64,000 bases of DNA, from assembly GCA_050872785.1 (NCBI GenBank), contig JBNMHO010000001.1, positions 22,937 through 86,936 of the forward strand, given 5' to 3'. This stretch comes from Clostridia bacterium. Its GTDB lineage: Bacteria > Bacillota > Clostridia > Christensenellales > UBA1242. This document shows, piece after piece, positions 28,401-40,400 of this stretch. Position 1 is the first letter of the stretch; every line of letters starts with the position of its first letter. Position numbers and translations under genes: made by a program. The notes under the pieces are model-generated. The model searched no databases, was not told the DNA's origin, and saw nothing but the letters and a program-made list of their open reading frames with translations.

Positions 28401-31400
28401 GTCTTGAGTTTGACCGTCCATAACTGCAGTGCCACGAAGGAAGAAGTTTGCAAATGTTAAAACTTTTTGAACACCATCTACAATGTATTTTTCTGGTCTG
28501 TAAATTAGGCTTGTATTTTGAGCGAAGTTTGTAATTGCTCCAGTGAAACTTGTTCCTTCACCGCTTTGAGTGGAAACTTGTCCTATGGAAAGTGTGTTTT
28601 TGATTGCGACATGATTTGTTTCTCCCTCGCAAAGTCCAACAATTCCCGCAATATAGCCTACGCCGCCACAAGTTGTTGTAACTTTGCCCGAGTTGTAGCA
28701 ATCTGAAACAGCTATCACGTTCGAGCCTTCCGCACAAGACATAACACCCACAAGTCCAGCGACATATGCTGCATCGCCACCTTTTGAAGTAAATGAGATA
28801 TTTTTAGCATTGTAACTTTCGCTTAAATTTCCCGAAAGCAAGCCAGCAATTCCGCCAACATAACTATCAAGTCTTGTAACCAAGTCACACACCACAGTCA
28901 CATCTTCTTCATTTGACATTTGCAACATGCTTGTTATTGCTTCACCAACATTTCCACCAACATACATCTTTGACCTTTCGTCTGTTGTATTTCTGTTGGA
29001 GTTCACAACGGAAACTTTCCCTTTGTTGAACATACCCGCACAACTTTCTGTATTCAATTTTCCAAACAAGCCGCCAGCCCAAATGTTTGTTGCATTTGTT
29101 GTAATATTTATATTGCCATAGTTTTTAAGGTCACATGAAATTTTAACATTTTCCGCACAACCCACTATGCCACCAGCATAAAGGCTTATTTTATGTTCTG
29201 TAAAATTATTGTTATGAGTGCTTTGTGCTTGAATTGTCCCATTGTTTGCAGTTTCAACACCTTCTGCATTCTTAATTTCGCCGCTGATCATTTGTCCTAC
29301 AAGCCCGCCTACATAAACATTTTGTGAATTGTAGTTGTTGCTTGATTTTACTTCTGCATAATTTATGCAACCTATGAATGTGGAATTTGTAGCCTGCCCT
29401 ACAAGTCCGCCTGCGTAACTATCACCAATAACATTATTTCTGTTTGCAATACCAGAGAATGTGGAATTTTCCGCAACCCCCGCCAGCCCGCCAGCACAAT
29501 TTCCTTTTGTTTCGCCGCCCAAAAGTGTGAGCGAAGAAATTGTTGCACCAGACAAATAGCCAAATAATCCAGCATATTCAACCTTTGTTTCCTCTGAGTT
29601 TGCAAAAGAATTTTCGTCAACGGAAATGTATTTTATTGTGCGACCTTGTCCATTGAATTTTCCCTTAAATGAGTGATTTGCGTCTTTCCCAATCGGAATC
29701 CAATATTTGCCGCTTAAGTCAATGTCTGCACTAAGTTGAACTTCTTGATTTGCATAATCGTTTCCGCTGTTCACCAGATATGCAAATAGTGCAAGATCCT
29801 CTGCAGTTTTTATCTCTGTTATAAGTCCAGTTTCTCCGGTTGTTCTAAAGTCCTCCCACACATAAGTTTCTGCATATTCAATGTTTTGTGGATATTTACT
29901 TTCAAATGGGATAACGCCCGAGTAGAAGTCATTTGCAAAAATCCAATAACCGCTGTCGAATGACTTAAATGCTGATTTCTTTGCTGAAGAAATGAGAGAA
30001 TATGTTGTTTCAAGTGGATTGTCTGGGTTTTGACTTTGCTTTAGGAATGTTGCTTTTGAAGAATTGTCTTCAACCACCACGCCTTTATATTCATAAGTCA
30101 AAATAACCTTTGAAACATACCAAGTTTTATCTACTTCTGCTTGGGCGACATGAATTGTAATGTCAACAATCTTTCCTCCGTCTGGAAGGTCAACTCCTTT
30201 CCACTCGCCCAGCATTTCATCTGAAAGTCTGTATTCTGAGTTCTCTTGAACTTCTGTCCACAATGTTAACCCGGCGTCCTTAATTTCAAACAACTTAAGT
30301 CCGTTTAGAACGAATGTGCTTTGATCCGTCAATAACCCAACACTCTCAAAACTATTCACACCTTTTTTGATAGCCCCAGTGCTTTCATCGCCACCATACA
30401 GAGCAATGTCATTTTTCACTTCATTATTTGATTTGTATTCAAAAGTTCTATCAAATGTGAAGTTTGAAATTGTTGGACGAGCAATGTAGCAGAAGGTTGT
30501 TTTAGATTTTGTAGTATCCGGATATTCTTCTTCTGTTTTGCCAGTTTCGCTATTTACTATTTCTCTCTTTGAACTTTCTGGCATGCTTTTGTATGAAACC
30601 GTGTAATAATTATCTGCACCAAAGTTTATGTCATAAGTATTTCCAAAGGCAACAACCATTTTATCTTCACTGCCCATGTTATTATAGTCAACAATTTTTC
30701 GTATGCCAGTGACAATAGTTTTGTCTGAAGCATAATAATACTCATATCTTTCATACACAACGCCAAAGTGTTCTGCGAACCATGTGTAGTCAACTGGTTT
30801 GTCAGTGCTATTTGAATGATACCATATGCCACTTTCAAATGAACCACCTTTTTTACGATAATCTTCTCTGCTTGATGAAATTTCCAAAATCTTAATATCA
30901 TCATAGAATTCACTATCTTGCGAGAAGTCTTTGTCGCCAACTTGCCCAATTTGATAGATAATGTTCTTGTATTCATCACCTTCGCTTGACTTGTCGCTGT
31001 AAGTGGTGAATGGAATTCTCTTTATTGTGTAAGAAATGTCTGAAGATTGAGTGCTGACATACAATTCTTGTTGCTCTGCTGGGAACACTGATTGTTGTCC
31101 TTGTATGTTGCAGAGAATTGTGTATTCGTTTTCGGAAACCTCTTTTGCATAGTCAAACGTTTCGCAAGCATAAGCAGCCTTGAGATATCTTTTAGAATTG
31201 CCGTTTGAAATTGCGGCAACATAAGTGCTTTGCCCGTCAAACACAATTTTATCTTTCCATGTGTAAGTTCTTCCATTCTCGTCTGTGTTGTCTATTGTTG
31301 AGATAAGTCCAACAAATCCACCAACTGCAACTTTTGTTATGGCATCTATTTTTCTTACATATTTGTCATAATCTTCATATAGCCAGTTGTTTTCTGCCAC

Positions 31401-34400
31401 GCAGTTTGAAATTCTACAAATAACTTGACTACCCTCTGCAAGATTATAGCCAGTGAGAGCCAAGTGCATGTTATCATCTTTCATCATCACCCTTTCGGAG
31501 AATGATGACTCTGGAGAAGCAATCATTTCTTTGTCATTGAACGTCCCCACAAGTCCGCCTATAATTTTGTCGCCCATAACAGAGCCAGAAACAATAACAT
31601 TTTCAATTCCGCCAGCGAGTTGTCTGCCAACAGCCCCGCCAACGATTGTTGTTCTGGAACTTCTAACATCAATAGCGCCTATGCAATTTGAAATAAGTCC
31701 GCCGTTGTTAAGTCCCACCAAGCCGCCTATTGCAACTGTTTGAGTTCCCGCTGCATTGAAGAAATAGTCATATTGAGCAAGGGTTGATTTCCCGACTGAA
31801 ACTGTCGAGTCATTTTCATCAACATTTCTTGCAGACGAACTGAGAAGAATTCCCCTATTTTCGCCAACAATTCCGCCACCATAGAATTGCGCTTTGACAA
31901 AACTTGTGTCGTTTGACTCAACTTGAACGTTGACATAGTTTGCGATTGTGTCCGTTCCCAAAAGTCCAAACGCTGTGCCAACTACGCCACCTAGGAATGC
32001 ATTGCCAGATAGAACTGTAACATTGCTTGCATTGTAATTTTTCTTTGTTGCCTTGTCCACAACACTTGTTGCGTCAAACACACCCACAACCCCACCAACA
32101 TAAGAGCAACTGCTCAAGTTCGAGTTCTCTTTCAAATACAAACGCACCGCTTCTGACGCATCGCCCGAAGCGTCAAATGTTGAAATAACTGAAACATCTG
32201 TTGTTATATCTTTTATTATAACATTTTTGCCAATGTAACCTGCAAGTCCGCCAACGACATTTCGTCCTTGAACTGGAGCATAGCCGCCGTCTGCAGCGGC
32301 GATTGAAATGTTGTTGAAAAGAACTTTTTTATCTGTTTTGACTGACGTTCCTGTAACAATTCCCGCAAGGGCACCGACATATGGGTGAACATTTGACACT
32401 ATTTGAACAATTCCAAGTTTAAGGTTTGAAATAATTGTGTCTTTCTTCTCGTCTGCGGTTATTTTTGCAAACATTCCAAACGCTTCTTTGTCCACTTGGT
32501 CTGCTTGCCACCTGTTATATGACATTGAAAGGTTGTCTATTGTCATGTGATTGCCTTGCAAAACACCAGTAAAGTTTGCCTTGCTTGTTGACAAGAACTC
32601 ACCGTCAAGGTCTATGTCGCAAATAATTCTGAAATACTTGTCAAGGTTGTCATCACTTGAAACTGTGTTTGTTAAAGCATACACCAAAGAATCTCTGTCA
32701 TAAATTGTAACTGGGTTTGTTTGATTGCCACTTGCAAAGGAAATGCCCGACACGTCCCCCTTGTAATAATATGTGATATTGTTTTCGTCAAGGGTGTAGT
32801 AAGTTATGTTTGAAATGAAGTTATTTTCATAGTCAAATGTTACAGTTATTGTATCATTTGCTCTGAAATTTGTGTCTTTTGGGTTTTCGTCATTTATGCT
32901 GCCCTCTTGAATGTCAAGCACACGCTTATCTTCGCCATACTCTGCAACTGGGTTTACATAAGTTGTCTTTCCGCCGTCCTTTACAACTTGATAAGTTATA
33001 ACAAGGCTTTCAAAGTTCCCGTTTGCCGTTTCAACTGCTGGATAGATAAAGTCCACAGTGTCACCGTTGTCTTGTTTTGAGAAGAGAAGTTTGCCCGATG
33101 AAGAACTTGTATAATCAGTTATGCTTGGGTCATTATCTCTTTTTGCTGACTTCCAATCTGAAGTAGATTGAAGTGCAAAAATTTGAGTGTAGCCTGTGTA
33201 ATTTTTCTTTTTGCCCAAATAATCTCTTTGAGAAATTGTCCTTACAAGGGTTGAAGCCAAAACTGGTTTGCCTTCAATAATTACCCATGTGTAGCCGTCA
33301 ACATAACTATATTTATCATCATTTGCATATTGTCCATCCGAGTTGTAAATCAAAGACAGGTCGTAATTTGTGAAGTATGTGTGAGTTGCGAAGTTTGCAG
33401 TTGAAAGCTCCACTGCTTTTTTGTTCGCTGGAGTTTTTGCTGGGTCCGAAGAACCTTCTGTGTAAAAGTTTGTATTTTCCCATTTGTCATTTTTTGTTCT
33501 GTCATTTAGGAAGAAGCAGTCGTTCAAAACGCCATTTATGCACACTTCTGTTGAAAGAAGAGTTTTTGGTCCAGCGAAAGGATATGCTGTTGTGTTGTTA
33601 TCCCCTGCTTTTTTGTAACTTATGGAGTAACTTCTTGAAATTACGCTGCTTGCACTGTCCACATAAACAAAGCCCGCAATAGCACCCGAGGAACTGAGCC
33701 AAATGTTTGAATAGCAATCGGAAATTGTGCCGTTGTTGCTATACACAAAGCCGCCCACAATGCCCGCACGAGAAACGATGCCCGAGCCAGTGTTTCTTAT
33801 GTCCTTATCATTTTCGGAACGTCTGCCTTGCACGTAGCACTCCAAAATTTCACCATTGTTTGTTTGAACAAAGCCGCCAACACCTTCTTCTTTTGAGTTG
33901 TGTTCAATGGAGCCAGATTCAAAATAACTTGCAACAATTTTGCCACTGTTTGTTCCTACAAAGCCGCCAACCTTGCCATAACAATAGATGTCAAATCCGT
34001 CATAAGTTTTTTCTTCACCTTGTTTTGCCTTACTGCGGAACAACTTTGCACCAACTGAACTGTTTGTTATATAGCCCGTTTTTTCATTTGTCCCAACAAG
34101 TCCACCAACAAGACTTGTTGCTGTGCCGCCGCTTACAACATCGGACGAATTGATTTCAATCTTCACTCCGCCCAAAACGTTTGCATTTGTAATGACGCCT
34201 GCGTTTGAACTTGCAATCCCGCCAAAAGTTACACTGCTTGCATTTGGAAGAGATATTCTCAAACTTTCCAAACTTGGCTCCAAAATTTTTGTTATTTCAT
34301 CGCCGTTGCTAAATATTTCTTCTGTGACATTTGGAGTGTAATAAACTGTTGTGTTTTGAATAACAATTTGTTTCTTTTCGCCTGACACCTCTACGTCACT

Positions 34401-37400
34401 TTCAATCTTTTCAAAAAGCCCAAGATTTATGCTGCCAGTTGAAGAGGAGTTGTAGGAGAAACTTTTAATGAATATAACTTTGTTATTGCCGTCAAACGAG
34501 CCAATTTTTGTTGAAAGTGGGGTGTAATTTTCAAGGACAATGTCGTTTACAAGTCTATAGTCCTTGCCCTCTTGCATGCTTAGGAACTCGTCCGCCGTTG
34601 AAACTGGAATTGCATTTCTAAGTTCAGTAGCATACACAAACATTACATCAAGAGTTTGAGTAAATTGTTTTATCTTGTCATAACTTTCTGTCAAGTAGTC
34701 GCAAACATTTGGAACGCCAGCAGATTTAGAGTCAAGGGTATTTTTTGCTGAATATGAAATTTGAGAATCAAAGATTATGTTGAATGTTCTGTTTGCCCTC
34801 AAGCCATAAAGTGCAAAATAGTCTTTAAACTTTTCTACGCCAAATGTTTCTTCAAGATATTTATTGCCGCTTACAAGTTGCGAGCCGTCTTCGCTTTTGA
34901 ACACCCCCGAAATAGTCCCTTGATTGTTTGTCGTAACTTTTGCAACTGAGTCTGCAAAGTCATTAAGATAATCGACAAAATATTGTTTTACTTCATATCC
35001 TGCGTTAGTAAGATTTTTGTAAAGGCTGTCTTTTTCTCTTTCGCCCGCTTTTGTGCCAATATTTTGATACCAATCGTCATACCAACTATTCTCTGCATTT
35101 ACACTGTCGTCATAGTAAGCAGAAACATTAAGTTTGAGTGGTGTTGTCGTAGCAACTTTAACTTTTAGACTGTTATTCTCTGCATTTTGGACAGAAATGT
35201 TTTTAACAGTGAACAAAGTAACAACAAACTTAACTTCATAACTATAAGTTTGCTTGTTATTTGTAATTTCGCCACGCAAAGTTACAGTTTTTCCAACAAG
35301 GTCAGTATTAAATATTTCGCCATATTTTAGAACTTGAACATAATATTTGCCATTTTCTTTTGTTGGTTCCAAGGCTTCCTTTATCTCTGAGAATTTTGCA
35401 TAAGCATTTCCCCTTTCATCAACAGCAGAAAGTGACCATTTTATGTTGTCAGAATAGTTTATTGTTTCAACTGAAAGTTCGTTCTTTGTGTTTATTGGAA
35501 GATAATACAAGGTGTCATTGTCGTCTTTGAGCAGACTCTTATCAAAACTGAACGTTATCCCCGGTTTTCTGAGAGTGTAAACTGTTTCTTCTTTTGTGAG
35601 AATAACAGTGCCTTGTTCGTTTATTATTTCAATTTTAATTACAAATTGAGTGCCTTCTGTTACTGTTGAATCAGTAAATAGTTTGAAGAAATAACTTCTT
35701 GCATAAGAATACACACCATTGTCGTTGCTGAGGAATGTGTCTTGTCCAACAGACTTATGGACGGTCAAACTCTTTCCGTCCGCCCCTATAACGGCCACAC
35801 TTGCATTGTCAACAAATTGCTTGCCGTGTTCGTTTTTAAGGTCTAGAGTTATTGGTGACATAAACAGCAAGTCGCCAGTTGAAGAAGTGTATGAAAGCCT
35901 GACATTTGAATAGTTTGTTACATAAGGATAGACTTCAACCCCAAGCACCGCTGGCGAGTCGGCAAGTCCAGAATAGATATATCCGCCGCTGCTCTTTTGT
36001 GGGAAGTCGTCATAATCTGCATAGACATTTGTGTAAACACTTTTAACTTCGTTTTCGCCAATAATCTTAACATTGACCGAAACTCCGACAGAAGCATTTA
36101 TGCTTGAATGGAATTTAAATACATAATTTTTGTCTTGTTTTATGCCTGCAAGTTTATCTTTAAACCAAACTGTGAATGATTGAGAGATTTTTCTAAGTCC
36201 CGTTTTGCCACGAGTTTCCGTTGGACCAACAATCTCCACTTTGCCAACTTCGTCAACAAATTCATATTGATATTCCCCAACATTTATGCCAAGGTCAGCT
36301 GACAGTCCCAAAAGATTATCAAGAATAATCTTATCATCAACGCTGTCCGTTGCCATGCCTATTGTAAAGGACAATGTTTGAAGTTGATTCATAACAAAGT
36401 TTGGTTGAGTGTTATTTGATAGAGCAATAGAGGTTGCACCATGAGTTATTGAGAGATAGAAGTTTGTTGAGTGTTCTTCAAGCAAGAAATTTTTTCTTTC
36501 GCCGTCAACCACTTGATAAATATATGGCACACATTTGATATTGAGTTTTGCCCCATCTGGAATGGCAAGAAGTGGAATGAAAGACGCAAATGTTGCATCA
36601 ATATTCACATAATATTTTTCAATTTTGCCATTTGAAACAACTGAACTCCATTGTTTTGAGCCGATTGTGAAAATATTTCCGATGCTTGTTGCTGTTCCGT
36701 TTAGATTTTCGATAATTGGATTTATGTCATCGCTTGCAACTTCAAAGCGAAGTCCCACATTGTCCATTGCACGAAGATTTACTTCTTCGCCCAAAACTTC
36801 TACGACAAATTCTGGATTTGCATAAACTGTTTGCGTTTCAGAAAGCAGAAGGTCTATGCCCAAATTTTCGCTAAGTGGAGCGGTGAAACTGGTGTTTGCA
36901 TAAATATTAACATCACTTAGTCCATAGCAAAGGATAATTTGAACTTTTGCATTGTAAGTTGAGTTTTGCGAACTGAGCATTGATGAAATGGTGAGTGTTA
37001 CAGTTTCGCTTCCCTCTTTGCCGATTGATTTTACAATAATATTTTCGCCCGACACTTCAAGCAAGTCTGAACTGCTTTGAACGATAAGCTTGTTTGCTTT
37101 TGCCCCGCTTGGAGAAACTGTTATATCTAAGAGTTCAAGCAATTTTGTTGTATTAAGTGTTGTTAAAATAGAAGAAGAAACTGAATTTTGTTCATCTGTT
37201 GCAAAGAACAACATTAGAGTTTTGTCGTCAAGTTTTACATACTTCCAACCTTCATCACTTGAAAGGTTATCTCTTGTCACAACATTGACAGTCACTGGTC
37301 CCAAAACAAATAGTGGTTCACTCTTTGTGACAGTTGTTTCGCCAACTTTCACGTCATAGGAGATGTAAAGCATTGGAAGCCCAACAACATTGCCGCTTGT

Positions 37401-40400
37401 GTCTTTTTCCGCTTTCCATGGAAGTTGTGTTAAACTGCTTTCAAATTTTGTATTTATTTGTTCCGCAAATTGTGTTTCTGAATAACTTGTGTTGCCAACA
37501 AAATATGTTGACTTTCCTGCTTTATCAATAACTTTTGAAAATGACAATGTGTTGTTTCCAAAGTTCACCCCAGCACCCAAACTTCCCCAAGTTCTTGAAG
37601 ACCCAGACGCATTTACAACACCTTTCCCAAAGATGTTTGCAACATTGTATTCGCCTTCGTTTGACATATATGAGAAGATGAATGAAGCAATGGAACTTGG
37701 TGCCCAAAGATTGACATTTGCTCCGCAAGCGAAGAATTTTGCATGGTCACTGCTTCCCGCAAAGCCGCCCGCAAGACCGTCATTTATTTCGTTGAGATTA
37801 AAGCCCGTTGATGTTTCGTTTGCCACAACGTCATAATTGTCTTGATTTGCAAGCCATGTTGTGCCTTGAGAAACATATTCGTCATGATAACTTGTAACGG
37901 AAAGATATTGTGCATTAACGCCAACAAGTTTTCCCGCAAAGCCACCGACCTCGCCTTTTCCCACAACAAAATTTCTTGAGTGTTCGTCACTTACATAATT
38001 TTCTGCCCCAACGTCATATATGCCAACTGGAATATCAAAAACATTCTCGACAACAACTTCACTAGATTTCAAGAACCCTCTTGCAGCCCCAACAACTCCA
38101 CCAACATAATGATGTCCCAAAACGTGTGAAGAAGTGTAACTGTAACTTAGAGAATAATTGTCGTTTAGGTCAGTTATTTTGCTGTTATATTTTTCATTTG
38201 TAACAGCAAGTCCTGCAATTCCGCCAACAAAGTCGCAGTCTTCAGCACTCACATTCCCTTGCACGCTAAGGTTTGAAATTTTGCCGAAGTTTGTTCCAAC
38301 TGCCCCGCCAACGCCGCTTAAAATTCCGTCACCCGCATTTTCCAAGGAATAATCTCTGTCCATTGCAAAAAGTGCCGAGATATTTGCATAACTTTGTGGG
38401 ATGAAGAATGAAGTATTTTCATCTTCCCCGCCCACGATAAAGTTTTCAAACATTTTTACAATTCGAGAAGGAATATTATTGATGTTTATGTTATTAAGTG
38501 CATTTTCGTTGCCAGAAATTTGAACTGTAATATTTATGTTGCTGTCGTAAGCACTGTCGCCAAAGGACACGCTGTCTGCGTTCCCCCTTGCAAAACTTCC
38601 AACAATTTCGCCAAAGTTAAGTCCAGCAATTCCGCCCACAGACAAAAGTTCTTTGCCCATAGAAATAATTGTCACATCGCCAGTTAAACTTCTTGAAGAA
38701 GATTGCTTTTCTGAAAGTTCAATTTTTCCGAAGTTGACGCCAGCAATTCCGCCAAAAACTGTTTGTTTGTTTGTTCTTAAAATTGCGCCAGAGAAACTTG
38801 CTGTGCACTCCAAAATTTCGCCAAAGTTAATGCCCGCAATTCCGCCAAATGTAATTTCATTTGCAATGTTTGGTTGAGCAAAGACAAATTTAATATCAAT
38901 GTCACTCACCTTGCCATGCAATGTTTCAAAAAGTCCGAATGTTTTTGAGCAAATTTGAGAAGGGAGATATACATTTTCTATTGAATAATATTCATAGTGT
39001 GTTGTGGCAGAAGTCTTGTCTTGAACTTCATATCTGCCCGAAAGTTCGCCACCAAAGCCATAGGCATAATATATTTGATCTGCTCTGTAAGCTGTTTGCA
39101 AAACGTATTTGTCAAGGTTGTTTTTGATGTAATAAACGCCATTTGCAAATTGTTCTTCGGTTATATTTACTTCAAAATATCCGCCGATTGGTGAGAAAGT
39201 CCTTGAACTGTCAAAGCGAATGTTGTTTGTTAAAACATATCTCTTTGTTGGGTTTTGTGAAATGTTCAAAAGGTCTTGAACACTTGACACACTGTATGGC
39301 ACATCTTCGCCATTTTCAACATCAAGTTGAATGACCAAAGCATTTTCCCAAATGTTTAGCAAACTTGAATAATCAACAACTTTTGCATAATATTTTCTGC
39401 CTTCTGTATATTCGTTTGCAAGTTCATATACGCCTGCATTTTGGACATAGAACACGCCCAAAGTAAAGTCCTCTTTTGAAAGTTCAATTTCCCTCATTTC
39501 GCCAGAGAAAATTTCATATTGTGCTTTTGAATAAATTTTGTCTTGTGGCAAAACAACAATCAAAATTCTTCCCGCAAGTCCTGTTGGAGAAATTGTCAAT
39601 GTTGCGTGCATATTAGTTTTGTTTTGAATGGAAGCACTTGCAACACCTCTTGCCGCCACCACATACATTGTTTTCCCGCCAATAGTCACAACTGAAACAT
39701 TTTGTGTGACTAAAGTTTTGTTGTATGCTTTTTCATTTGCAATTTCAAGAGGAATATTTATATCGCCATCAATATCCATATCTCTAAGACGCAAGGTTGT
39801 TTGCCCGTCTGCATAAATGTCTGACACTTGCTCGTGTTTTAAAACGGAGATATTTTTTCTTGCAAAGTGACTTTGTCTAAATTCTACAATCTTAACTTCA
39901 ATTTGAATTGTTGAGATATTTTTTGTGTTATCTTGAAGTTCAAACCAATATTTTCCACCAAAAACTCCTTCAAAAAGAAGTTTTAAAACGCTATTATCGC
40001 CCGAGGTTTTGGTCATTGTGCCATTTGTCACTTCATAAACGCTATCAATGTTTCCGTCAATTCTTATTGTTATATATGATTTTTCTTCAAAAGTCTTTGT
40101 TGGCGTTCTGCCCGAAGTTTTGTTAACTTTAACATCAAATCCAAAAACATTTTCTGGTGGGTTTGTTGGATCAAAGGTTATACCCGATTCAAGTTTTTGT
40201 TCATAAGCCACGCTTTGTGGGTCAAAAACTTCAATGCGTGAGAGATTTATATCAATTTCTTCAACTGGAACATAAGAAGACAATGTAAAAGTCCACTCTA
40301 AGGTTGTCCCGTCAAGATTTTCTAGTTTAAACTGAACGACATAAGTTTTTCCGTTTGAAAGGTCGCTTGTAAACATAAAGGCATTTGCTTTGCAATTAAG

